Part shown: positions 26,200 through 38,487 of the stretch, piece by piece | Numbering within the stretch: the stretch's first letter is position 1 | Layout of the letters: each line of letters opens with the position of its first letter | NCBI RefSeq assembly: GCF_022045235.1 | Contig: NW_027266319.1 | Coordinates: 55,986,001-56,050,000 of the forward strand | Length of the DNA stretch: 64,000 nt | Origin: Haliotis cracherodii | Lineage: Eukaryota | Direction: 5' to 3' | Made by a program: the position numbers and the translations under genes | Notes under the pieces: model-generated | What the model was told of the DNA's origin: nothing | The model's database searches: none | Seen by the model: only the letters and a program-made list of their open reading frames with translations

Positions 26200-27490
26200 T
26201 CAAAATATGGCCCTGTGATTTAAATAACGATGAAGATTACAATGAAGTATTTTCATTACATGAGTAAATACCGCCCTGGAGCAAGCTCGTGATATAGCAG
26301 CGGGATGATAATATCCACTATCAGTTTTTGAAGCATTTACCTGAATCATGTAATGAAATACGTTTACACATATTTGACCTACTATGGCCGTCAGTGAGTT
26401 TTCCTCCTTCGTGGCATAATGCCATTGTCGTCCCCATAGCAAAACCTGGCCGGGATCATATAGATCCCTCAAATTACCGCCCTATATGTTTAACCAGTTG
26501 CGTTTGAAAAACCTCGGAACGAATGGAAATAATATAGATAAGTTTGGCATCTGGAAACCAAGAATCTTATTATTGATATTCAATGTGGTAGAAGTAGAAG
26601 TACTATTGAACATTAAGTTCGATTACAATCCTTTGTTAAAAATGCTATAGTCATTAAACAACGGTATCAATCTTCTTTGATCTTGAGAAAGCATACGGTA
26701 CTATCGTGAAGCATGGAATTTTAAAGGATTTACATGCTTTCGGCTGGGGGGTTTACCTCATTTTATATCACTGTTTGTAACAGACAGTTAAATTCAAGTT
26801 TGAAAGGACTAAACCCTGTCTGATTATTATTTTGTCTGTCACATTATTTGGTATTATTCAGTAGATGGATCACTTTTCGTGGATAATTTTAATATTGTTT
26901 GTTGTTACAAATCTGTAGTGGTCCCATGAAAATGGGTTTAAATTTCCTAAATCAAAAATTAATTGTATACACTGCAGAAAATATAAGACACATAAGAAAC
27001 GCGAATTATGTTTGAATATGGACGAACATTAACCAGTAATTTAAACAACATATAGATACTATTTCGTCTCAGGCCTTGCCTTGGAGAATTTCGAACCTTT
27101 ACTTTACATAGTCTGTCGTGGATACGGAGTAGCCATCCTTTAAAGAACACAGCCTGAAATTATCACCATCACCAAATTACATTTTAATCACTCAAATCCA
27201 GCTTGTGTATTTAATCCTGTTTACGAAGATATTTACAATACAAAATCATCTCTTATTCCATCACTTGAAATAAGAATCATATCTGCCATTTCTGCTATTC
27301 ATAATATACTTCAAGATATAGCCCCCGTCCAACCCCTCCTTGGCAAATGGTAAGGCCAAATGTAGACCTGACATTAACTAAACTGAAGAAATCAGACACA
27401 AACCCGCTAATTAATAAACAAGATTACAACCAATTAAAAAACACAAATGAAGTGGGCCAGGGGATATAGGAATGGAGTTCGTCCGTCCGT
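26200..27490 (+). mobile_element. Decayed LINE reverse-transcriptase fragment (duplicate of 31100-32570 with internal deletions)
   Basis: DPSNYRPICLTSCV motif; many stops and frameshifts; colinear with the 31-32.5 kb copy. Confidence 0.75.
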
Positions 27491-28296
27491 TTCTCAATGG
27501 GGACAACTTTTCTAAAAATGTGCAAGGCATGACAAAGGTATTGTTATAACAATATATTGAAACAATTTACTTGTAGAAACACTAATGGAAATCCTGTATA
27601 CACGTATAAGCGCACTTTACAGATATTGTCTCGGCGGGGCGTCCTGTGGCCACTCTGGTTAAGCTGCTGTCACATCTGTCAATCACTTTAACATATATCT
27701 CAGGGGAAAGGTCAACAAGAAAGGCGACATCAAACTACAGTAGTTTACATAAGTTTGATAAATACATGATCCATCTCTTTGAACTAATTTCTTGCTCATT
27801 GAATATTGTAGAGTTCATTCTCTGAGAACCTATGAATCACGATCGAAGCATTTTTCTATTCCTACTTGTACTCACAAACATGTATGTACCATCAATTTCA
27901 CACAAACATGTATGTACCATATCGCCATGGCTTATATAACGGGTACACTAGGGACACAGAATTCGTAAATAGTCGTAGCTCGGAAGTTAGTCTTTCAAAT
28001 ATGTACCTGAGGCTGTTGTTGTGCATATAATGCACCACTTTCGTAACTGTAATTTCTTCAAATCCTTTTTCACTTATTACCCCCATCACCCCAAGAATAT
28101 CAAATGGCCATTCAATCAACATCACACACAAACACCACAGTTCATGCCAAACCCTCCCGAAGATGACAATTAGGAAGTGTGGACTAAAGTAGATACTTAT
28201 CTCTTGTCATATTTACATTATCACGTTTCTGTCAAACAAGCACTTAATATATTTTGGCAACAGATTTACTTCACAGGTTGTTCAACGGAAAGAATG

Positions 28297-28353
28297 TATA
28301 AATACCAGGGTCAGTACATTCATGATAACACTGACCTGACTCGTGTCCTTCTG
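28297..28353 (+). promoter_or_regulatory. TATA box and non-coding exon 1 of A7
   Basis: TATAAATA and CTG|GTGAGT are conserved despite divergence of the surrounding DNA. Confidence 0.7.
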
Positions 28354-28539
28354 GTGAGTAATACTTTATGCACTATCTGTCTGATTAGTTTACGTGTAAC
28401 TTATCATATTATTTTTTTCGGAGCAGACTGTCTTAAAGTTGCCATTGTTACATAATTTACCCGAGACAATTGTTTGTAATGATAATCATGGGTGTAATTT
28501 GGGGAAATTCTTTCTTTTCACTACAGAATACATCCCAAG

Positions 28540-29745
28540 ATGCGTTTGTTCCTTGTCCTCCTGCTTGTGGCCATAGTCTCCATCCCTCAGTCTGATGCCT
28601 GGGGACGACGGAGACGACGGTTCGTTAGATGGCGCACAGTTGGCACAATAGCAAAGATCGGAGCCAGGGTGTTGTTGGGTGAGTGAAGCCAAAGAGTACT
28701 TCATTAAGTGCCTCACATACAGTATCTTCTATTTTCTAAAAACTGTAGATTTAGTTAAGGTTTAGGTTTATAGGAGAATCAGCGGCTTTAGTAGGCTGTA
28801 GTGAGACATAGTGGGTGATGTATAAAGTGCATTAATCTCACTCCTTTACATCATGTTCAAATGAAGGTAATAAATGAAAAGACAAATCTGCATTCAGTGA
28901 AAGAAATATAACCGACAAGATGCGTTCTATAATCATGCCACTGCTTAGACCAATGATGTAAGTCAATGGATTGTCTGGTTCACACTCCATTATTTAAAGA
29001 CTGCTGTTATATTACCTGGAATATTGCTGATAGAAAACAACCACAGACACAATAAAATATTGTTTTACAATACATGAATGTTTCGTTTGAAAAGTCTATT
29101 CTAGTACACAAACATAATGAAAATGTGCACATGTCATTAAGCAATACAGACTGTTTATAAGTGTATCTTAGACACTCTCCAGAAGAGCTACATGCGGTGA
29201 GATCAAAAGGAAAAGAGTAATGGAATAGCTTTGTGTTCAGTGTATTTAAATACTCATATTCATCGCCTGATTAACATGACTACTAACACATCCTCCATAA
29301 CCGAAACTCCATTCATGTTCTTTCATGTTGTATCTTTCCAAACATGACTATTTTCTTTTAAGGCAAACGTAATGTGGATAACCTTGATACAAACAAGGAT
29401 GGGACAATTGACTTGTCAGAAGCTGAGACGCTAATGGACAGACGATCGGCCATGGAGCTCCTTTCGTTCTTAGATGAAAATGGTTAGAGCTTTTGTATTC
29501 AATTTCATTGATACAAATGATTTGAATTTCTTCATTTGTCAAGAAGTCTTGATAGCATAGAAGATGAATACTTGTGTGTTTGTATTTACATTGACCATCA
29601 TTGGGAAATTGGACCCGTTTTAAAGTATATCCGATAGACTCATGAATATTTATTCTGACTGACTGCAACAACCTTTCTCCACTTAGGAGACTCAAGCGTG
29701 AGTTTGGAAGAGTTCGCAAGGAGCATCAACAACTTGGACCAGTGA
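28540..29745 (+). CDS. Cationic peptide/EF-hand precursor, diverged copy A7
   Basis: Coding exons 28540-28678, 29363-29482 and 29687-29745. Signal and mature peptide identical to A2; propeptide NVDNLDTNKDGTIDLSEAETLMDRRSAMELLSFLDENGDSSVSLEEFARSINNLDQ. The exon 3 donor is a weaker GTTAGA. Introns are clearly diverged and intron 1 lacks the SINE. Confidence 0.85.
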
Positions 29746-31099
29746 GGCAAATGTAAGGTAGAGCAAATCCTTCTGCAATGATTCCGTTTTGTAAAGTAGA
29801 AACCGCCATCCGTTCAACATGTCTGTATGTGAAAACGTATGTTTAAGCAACGATTTCATGTCAAATATGCCAAGATCATATGATTTGATGTACTTCTTTT
29901 GTAGAGCACTCCATCGAATAGGCACTGGCATCGCACTTGGAAGACGTTCTCAATGATATTTTCCTGAATAGTGTTCCTACTGAAAGATGGTTTCAATAAA
30001 TCACTATAGCAATCACCTTTGTTGTGCCTTGTTAATTACATGTCTTAATAGCAGTCATTTTAGACAGCAGGTGATGCAATATGTAATGCTTGTAACTGAT
30101 TTCCAATGTGTTCAATGCAACCATCTCCTTCAAGATATGGATCTGCAATCGTATAACAACATAATCAGCAAAATGTATATCAAGACTTAGTACAACTGAC
30201 ATACAATAGGTTTGCTTTGAAGATGAACAATGGGTATCTTTTCTGCATCATAATACGCAGTGCATATAATTCACATTAACATATCTCGGGACAATCCACT
30301 CATGGCAATCTCTCTTTAAAAATGACAAACGCTTTCCAGGATCATGACAAATCTATTCTGAAAGCAGAGTTCATTGTGCGATTCCCATTATAACATAAGC
30401 ATATGTTTATGTATCACTGTCAAATAGTGATGATACCGTGTGTGTGCAATTTAGGAATGCATTTAAAAGAAACAAACAAATTCCTGTTTTCATGGCAACA
30501 AGTTTGACTTTGACCCTGTTCAACAACATCGAGAACAACCTCGACATGATACATTAACATCATCAACAAATAGGGACCCATCAACAGAGCTATTTAAAAC
30601 CTTAGGTCAACTATTTATTTAACGTTACCGATAATATGCTACCTCGAGGGACACCCTGATTGTAATCGTAAATATCAGACATGGTGGAACCCATATGTTC
30701 CTGGAAAGGCCCCATCTCATTCAGATCTTTTAAAATTCCATATTTCCAGATGGTATCATAAGCTTTTTCTCAGTCGGAAAGTTTTGGTATAGTGTGTTGT
30801 TTATTTATTATGCCATTTTTAACAAACGTTTCCAATCGCACCAAATGGTCAATGCCGCTTCTATTTTTCCTAAACTGCCTCTGGGTTCCTGGAAATGCCT
30901 ATCTGTTAAAAAATGTGACACAGTGGGGTAAAGGACCTATCAGCCCCATCTCATTCAGATATTTTAAAATTCCATATTTCCAGATGGTATCATAAGCTTT
31001 AGGCTATGGTGTGTTGTATATTTATTAATCAATTTTTAACAAACGTTTCCAATCGCACCAAATGGTCAATGCTACTTCTATTTTTTCTAAACTTCTTCA

Positions 31100-32570
31100 T
31101 CATCAAAATATGGCCCTGTGATTTAAATAACGATGAAGATTACAATGTATTTTCATTACATGAGTTAAATACCGACCCTGAGCAAGCAGGGGATGATAAT
31201 ATCCCTTATCAGTAGTTGAAGCATTTACCTGAATCATGTCTTGAAAGAACGTTTACACATATTTGACCTACTGTGGCCGTCAGTGAGTTTTCCTCCTTCG
31301 TGGCATAATGCCATTGTCGTCCCTATAGCAACACATGGCCGGGAACATACAGATCCCTCAAATTACCGCCCTATATGTTTAACCAGTTGCGTTTGCAAAA
31401 CCGTGGAACGAATGAAAATAATAGATAAGTTTGGCATCTGGAAACCAAGAATCTTATTATAAATATTCAAAGTGGTAGAAGTACTATTGAACATTAAGTT
31501 CGATTACAATCCTTTGTTAAAAATGCTATAGTCATTAAACAGCGGTATCAATTTTCTTTGAGCTTGAGAAAGCATACGGTACTACCGTGAAGCATGGTAT
31601 TTTAAAGGATTTACATGCTTTTGGCTGGGGGGTTTACCTCATTTTATATCACTGTTTGTAACAGACAGTTAAATTCAAGTTCGAGAGTACTGAACCCTGT
31701 CTGATTATTATTGTTATAATCAGGATCAGGGTGTTCCACAAGGCAGTATTTTGTCTGTCACATTATTTAGTATTATTCAGTAGATGGATCACTTTTCGTG
31801 GATAATTTTAATATTGTTTGTTGTTACAAATCTGTAGTGGTCCCATGAAAATGGGTTTAAATTTCCTAAATCAAAAATTAATTGTATACACTGCAGAAAA
31901 TATAAGACACATAAGAAACGTGAATTATGTTTGAATAGTTTTGATCACCATCTACGTTTCTAACCGCACATTAAATACCTTAAAGGTAAATGACTGAAGG
32001 CATTTGATTTGTTGAAAGCTGCAACTAATTCAAGGGGGGAGGGGATCAGACATCCCTCTTTACACAAATCACTGATCCATTTACTTGATCATGGCGCCAT
32101 CGTCTATGGAGGAGCATTAACCAGTAATTTAAAACACATATAGATACTATTCATCATCAAAGCCTCAGGCCTTGCCTTGGAGAATTTCGAACTTCTACTT
32201 TGCATTGTCTGTAGTGGATACGGAGTAGCCATCCTTTACAGAACACAGCCTGAAATTATCACCATCACCAAATTATATTTTAATCACTCAAATCCAGCAT
32301 GTGTATTTAATCCTGTTTACGAAGATATTTTCAGTACGAAATCATCTCTTATTCCATCACTAGGAATAAGAATCAAATCTGCCATTTCTGCTGCTCATAT
32401 TATACTTCAAGATATAGCCCCCGTCCAACCCCTCCTTGGCAAATGGTAAGGCCAAATGTAGACCTGACATTAACTAAACTGAAGAAATCAGACACAAACA
32501 ATCAATCAATTAAGAAACACCTATGAAGTGGGCCAGGGGGTACGGGAATGGAGTTCGTTCATCCGTTTCT
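31100..32570 (+). mobile_element. Decayed LINE (I/Nimb-like) RT fragment
   Basis: FPPSWHNAIVVPI...DPSNYRPICLTSCVCKTVERM, LEKAY and QGVPQGSILSVTLF motifs in shifting frames. Confidence 0.8.
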
Positions 32571-32754
32571 CAATGGGGACAACTTTTCTCACAAACAAGG
32601 TAAGTCAAAGAAATGAACTTGTACACACTAAACTGGTCATGATCTCAGATGAGTTCGAAAATAAGTGTCGTAATTTCATTTTAACAGAGTTATTGCCCTT
32701 GCCTGGTGTTTTACTGCGTGAAATGGGGACAAGTTTTCTCAGAAACTACTGAAG

Positions 32755-33380
32755 TATCATATGATTTGATGTATTTCTTTTGTAGAACACTCCTTCGAAT
32801 AGGCACTGGCATCGCACTTGGAAGACGTTCTCAAGGATGTTTTCCTGAATAGTGTTCATACAAAAAAATGTTTCAATAAATCATTATAACAATCACCTTT
32901 GTCTAGCTTGCTCATTAGACGTCTTAACAGCAGTCATTTTAGACAGCAGGTGATGCAATATGTAATGCTTGTAACAGATTTCTAATGTGTTCACTGCAAC
33001 CATCTCCTTCAGGATTTGGATCTGCAATCGTACAACCACGTAATCAGCAAAATGTATATTATATCAAGTACAACTGATATACAATAGGTTTGCTCTAAAC
33101 GTGAAACTTGGGTATCTTTTCTACGTCATAATACACAGTGCATATCATTCACATTAATAAAGGAACATCTCTGGGGACATTCCACTCATGACAATCTTTC
33201 ATAAAAAGTTTAAAACACACTTTCATGATCATTCGAAAGGTCTTCTGAAAGTCCATTGTACGGTTACCATTATAACAGAAGCATATTTTATGTATCACTG
33301 TCAAATAGTGATGATACCGTGTGTTTGGATATTTAGGAATGAATTTAAAAGAAAAAAATTCCTGTTTCCATGGCAACGAA
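32755..33380 (+). pseudogene. Orphan 3' UTR and downstream flank of an A-type gene (no exons upstream)
   Basis: Homologous to about 29875-30500, the A7 3' UTR and flank, including AATAAA at 32875-32880. Confidence 0.7.
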
Positions 33381-34241
33381 GTTCCGAATCCCAATTCCAC
33401 AGTATTGTTTTCAAAGCTCAATAACTACGCTTGTATGCAGGCAGACAGACAGATTAGATAGAACTTCTCTCATCAAGTTAGACCTAAAGTGAGGATAACA
33501 AAGTCGGAGGATTTGGTCTTTCGAATGTGTGGGGGCCGGGGAATATGTCATCTTCTAATGACTCTTGTTCGAAATATTTCTTTATCAATAAATGAAAATA
33601 AACAAAAACAAGTTCATCGAGTGTCGTCTTTAGGCCGAATTGACGTTAGTTTTGGACACATGTGTGAATATGGACGTAAAAAGGTCTTAGTTTTTAGGAA
33701 ATGAACGTTGACTAAAATTATGAGGGATGATATTGAAAAGACGAGGATATATCCGTCCATGCAAAAATACCCGTTTCTGTACAGGTTTCACTCAGGATTT
33801 TTAACCTTAATTATTCTTGTGTTAATGACGAGTATATGGATACAAAAGAATTAATATTTCTTGAACAGTCTTATAACCTCGGACAGAAATATGTTAACTC
33901 CACTGCATCTAGGATTGGTCTAACACATAATAGTAACAGAGATGACTCTCATTCTAACTAGGGAGCCTTGTGGTCTGATGCGACGCAATTCGCTGCGTCA
34001 AGTTCCCTCCCTTATCTGTGCTAGGATCCGAGGCCGATATAGGTCCTTTGGTCAGCAACCATATCGGTGTATGGTCACTTCTTTGGTACAACCACATCTG
34101 TGCTCGTTGGCTTGATCTAAATGGTGAACCTCTACATCACTTTCGACTTTACATTATCCGAGTTTAGATGAGCAGATTCGATCAAGCACATTTACAAATT
34201 TGAGGTTGTCAAAACATGAGAAAGATATCGCTTAGTCACAC

Positions 34242-34247
34242 TTTATT
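34242..34247 (-). terminator. Polyadenylation signal of gene B
   Basis: AATAAA on the minus strand about 60 nt downstream of the TAA stop. Confidence 0.55.
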
Positions 34248-34305
34248 TGCAAGGAATAGCATGACGTCTCGATTCGCGAAAGTTGACATGTGTGAGACTG
34301 TCGAA

Positions 34306-36753
34306 TTATCTTTCCTCTCCCTCTTCTGGAGCTCGTCTCATATCAGCATCTGTCGACAGACGTGAAACCAAAGAATATAAATGATAGGCTAGTAATATAA
34401 TGTTAATATTTCTGAGAAATTGCATAATCAATATAACTATTATCAACAAGTGTTATAAGCCAGCTCATTGCTCAGCAACCACCAGTGGCTGAAGTGATGG
34501 CGTTAATGCTGTTGGGGTATAGTACAGTTATAAATAATCTTGTTATACCCAAATATATTTTTTCTCGTAGCTTTGTGCTTGATATATCCTGCGGAAGCCT
34601 TTTATGGCCATTTGGGGTTTTGGGGTTGTTTTTTATACTATCTTGAAATTTCAAGATACAGAAGTTGATACTATCTTACAATTTCAACTTAGTATCTTGA
34701 AATTTCAAGATAGTATCTAGAAATTTCAACTTCTGTATCTTGAAATTTCAACTTAGTATCTTGAAATTTCAACTTAGTTTCTTGAAATTTCAAGATAGTA
34801 TCTAGAAATTTCAACTTCTGTATCTTGAAATTTCAACTTAGTATCTTGAAATTTCAACTTAGTTTCTTGAAATTTCAAGATAGTATCTAGACATTTCAAC
34901 TTAGTACCTTGAAATTTCAACTTAGTATCTTGAAATTTCAACTCAGTTTCTTGAAAAATTTCAAGATAGTATCGAAAAAAAATTAAAAAACAAATGGCCC
35001 CAAAAGGCTTCCGTGCATATCAAACTCAATCTCTCTGAGCAATCGTTATCTCTTGTTTGAATGGTAAGAAGAGGCCCAGGTGGTCAGCCTTAATGACTTT
35101 GAAGATTGCGAGTCACAGTTCACCTTTGGGCGTGATCCTTGCTCTTGATTTAAGTCACTGGCCCAGAATTTGTTTATAGACTGCTGGAATATAGCCGGAG
35201 TATTCCTGAGTTAAATAAAATACATAAAATACATTAAATAGCAAACAAAACACCATGTCTTAAATAGTTGTCACAATCAACATATCGTACCGTGATCATC
35301 CTCTACATCCAGGCCTGGCTCAGACTCATCAGCAGCCCGCCCCACGTATACAGGGTAGCCTATAAACACATGCAGGGAAATACGGAACTGGGACCACCTG
35401 GTATGTGACACGACAAGATAGAAGCATCAGATGAGATGAGGTGAAATGGGGTTTAACGTTGCGTTCAAGATTATTGCGCTTATACAGCGACGTATCTCAG
35501 ACAGAATTGTATTGACTTAGCTGAATTGAATGTATGAATTGTACTGACTCCTAGCCGACCAGTTCTTGTTTTATCCCCTTAATGACGAGCGCCAGACTTG
35601 GTGACGAAATGCCATATTTTAACGTCCCTTGGACGGGGATAGAACCACCGACCCTCCGCTCTCCGGATGTATGAGAGTACATACAAATAGATGATATATC
35701 AGTTCGTGTTTTCACATTCTAGTTTAATACATGTTCTGTCCAACTATAGGTTCAAATATCTTATTTCAAACAAGGTCGACGTTAAACAACAAACAAATAA
35801 AGAAATGAGGATTGGGCGGTAGCAGTGTATGACATGAATGACTGTTTGTCATCGAATCCACATTGCTGTTTAGACAAGAGACTTTGTAAGAAGCATGCCT
35901 TTCTTCATCCAGTTGTGAATTGTACCCGGTTGAATGAGATGGTAATGTGTCTGCTAAACCTTACAGCCTCATACGGCAGCATGATTTGTATACTTGAAAA
36001 TTTGAAATTTGAGTGCTCAATGAACCCAGGCCCGGGGTATCCCGTGAAGATCCGGTGTAGAATAGGTCTTCAACAACCCATGCTTGCCGTAAAAGGTGGA
36101 CCCGTGAAGTTACGGGTTAGAATAGTCTTCAACAACCTATGCTTGCCGTAAAAGGCGACTATGCTTGTCGTAAGAGGCGACAAGCGGGGTGAACAGGCTC
36201 GCTGACTTTGTTGATGCATGGCATCGTATTTACATATATGGATTATTTACATATATGGAATATTGCTGAGTGGGGCGTTAAACAACAAACAAACAAAACT
36301 GAGATCATAAAACTATACCACCATGAGCATTTACTTCGTGAATGGAATCTGACAAATTATAAATGGACGTATTATTATATGTTACAAACTAGGACCGTCT
36401 ACTCTGGTCTAGTGGGGCTGCCTGGCGCTCGACATTAAGGGACTGAAACAAAGACTGGTCGGCGCGGAGTATACTGAGTGTGTATATCTGAGTGGGATAG
36501 CCATGTTAAACTGCGGAAGGGTATTTACATGTGTTAGCACTTTAAAACCAGCATTAGTCCAGGCAAGTGCAAGACGCCACGCACACGCACGCAAGGATAT
36601 GACAGGGCGATAAAACTACTGTTTCATCTCCGTGTATGTTGTACCATGTCGCACAATTCTTCGAATGATGCGTCTGAGACGGCGGCGTCGCCATCCTTCA
36701 GCGTCAGGCAGCATGACAAGCGCGAGGAGCAGGAAGACGAGGAGAAGACGCAT
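34306..36753 (-). CDS. Gene B: divergent secreted Arg-rich peptide precursor (73 aa) with acidic propeptide lacking EF-hands
   Basis: Minus-strand coding exons 36753-36645 (MRLLLVFLLLALVMLPDAEGWRRRRLRRIIRRIVRH+G|gtacaa), 35359-35291 (tttatag|GYPVYVGRAADESEPGLDVEDDH|gtacga) and 34349-34306 (cgacag|DADMRRAPEEGEER*). Both introns are phase 1, as in gene A. AATAAA lies about 60 nt after the stop. Exon joining is inferred; no transcript evidence is available. Confidence 0.75.
34590..35015. mobile_element. MITE-like element with ~25-bp TIRs and an internal 21-bp palindromic minisatellite, in intron 3 of gene B
   Basis: Left end gcggaagccttttatggccatttg; right end caaatggccccaaaaggcttccgt. Interior 34635-34972 is made of tatcttgaaatttcaa(gatag/cttag) units. 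Confidence 0.7.
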
Positions 36754-37362
36754 GCTGCAGATGTTGAAGATGCTGCAGATCCTGTCAGAGTCAGTGATAA
36801 CTAGACAAAAATAGAACATATCTTAGGAGGTAGATATATCGGTAGAAGAGAGCAGATCTCAAACAGTGAATGGGTGAGTGAGTGCCCCGTGAGTGCCCCT
36901 GATTATGTGTGCCAGCATCAGACCCGTACTTGTGTGTTTTAAGTAGTAAACGATTAAAACCTGCATCCAATCCCTATTGGGATAAAACTGGCATGCCGCC
37001 ATATAACTGAAATACGGCGTTCAATGCGACGTTAAACTCAATCACTCTTTCCCAAAAGTACCTGTCCCGAAGGCAGATTTCTAAACTAACAGACGCTGTA
37101 CTTTATCACCACAGTTTATATCTCAAAGGAAAAATCATGTTAAGGAGTGAGTGAGTGTATTCCAGTTATATCACGGCGTGTGAGCTTAATGTTGGAACAA
37201 AGCCCCAAGTGATACAGGTCTCAGACGTTTACCACTTCGGTGAAACCCACGAGCACAGATATGGTGCTGACAAACCTAGAAACATAATCGGGGCGAACCG
37301 GGATTCGAACCCACAATCATAGGTTTCTGGCATGCCCAAGGGACGCAACTCTGCACAGCTAC

Positions 37363-37600
37363 TTCACACAAATATCTAAAAAAAAAAAACATACCTCACA
37401 CAGATATCGGTAGAACCCAACACATCTCACGCAAATATCGGTAAAACCCAACATATCTCACACAGATATGGGTAGAACCAAACATATCTCACACAGACAT
37501 CGGTAAAACCAAACATACCTCACACATATATCGGTAGAACCAAACATATCTCACACAAATATCGGTAAAACCAAACATATCTCACACAGGTATCGGCTGA
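37363..37600 (+). repeat. ~31-bp minisatellite (about 7 copies) in intron 1 of gene B
   Basis: Repeated cacacagatatcggtagaaccaaacatatct with variants. Confidence 0.85.
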
Positions 37601-38071
37601 ACAGAAAATGTCTGAACCAGACATCCATGGAACCGATCAGATCTAAACATGACATCAGTAGTCAAGCCAAATACAAATACAAATGACAGAAAAGATTGCA
37701 AACCGACAACATGAGAATATCTCGGACATCCACAATGTTACCGTGCATGTCGACATGTTCAGCCAGGAGAGCAACGTAATGAAACAGTACAGCCTATTTG
37801 GCGGAACCTATTGAAAACGTTTATCATACCTCTAAGTCAGAATGATGAGATCTGATGGGTCCAAGTGAATGATAAATTACTGGATTTCTGAGGGGGAGAA
37901 TAAATCCCGAATACACCGTTTCGAAGCAAAAAGCTTTCCGGGTCAAGGACAGTCACGTGACATAGCACAGGTTAGCCTCAGATCAAGAGAACAGCCGTTT
38001 TCTATCAATTTTGAATTCGTTATAATTCTTTTACAATGTCTTGTAGTAAAACATGTCGATAAGATAAATTT

Positions 38072-38215
38072 GTTGCAGCAGGATCACTCGGGGTACATGG
38101 GTTTTGACGCGACCCACGTTAGTTTTTATACCACTTTAACACCTGCTCGTCGTAAAAAAAAAAAACAACGCGGGTCGCATAAAACCCCATGTACCCCGAG
38201 TGATTCTGCTACAAC
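38072..38215. mobile_element. Small hairpin/MITE-like element (~144 bp)
   Basis: gttgcagcaggatcactcggggtacatgggttttgacgcgacccacgtt pairs with aacgcgggtcgcataaaaccccatgtaccccgagtgattctgctacaac (~50-bp imperfect arms). Confidence 0.65.
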
Positions 38216-38431
38216 TTATAATATTCATCAACGGTAAAGCTCAGTTCAGTTTAACAAAAATATTCGATGATGCAAATCGATCGATTCAATCACAATGAAG
38301 ATGATGACAGTACTATTTACCATCTTAAAACAAACAACACGTGAACATTTCCATCATTTCTAACATACCTGTAGCAGAGTAAATATATATTATAAAGACG
38401 CCGACGATATATATAACACAACATGTCTTAC

Positions 38432-38487
38432 CGTGTGCCGAATCTGTGATGAAGTGCGGCATACGAGATGTGGTGGTCCCATTTATA
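38432..38487 (-). promoter_or_regulatory. Putative TATA box and non-coding exon 1 of gene B
   Basis: Minus-strand TATAAAT at 38487-38481, then donor ACG|GTAAGA at 38432/38431. TATA-to-donor distance is 55 nt versus 56 nt in gene A, without sequence similarity. Confidence 0.55.

Noticed and set aside
29348-29719. 123-aa minus-strand ORF
   Set aside because: Antisense to exons 3-4 and intron 3 of A7, and no equivalent ORF is listed for the other copies.
36616-36819. Single-exon 67-aa ORF as the complete gene B product, and the antisense Arg-rich ORF 36632-36814
   Set aside because: The true start is more likely the internal MRLLLV at 36753, matching gene A. A phase-1 donor plus two compatible downstream exons give a full precursor. 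The plus-strand ORF is its shadow.
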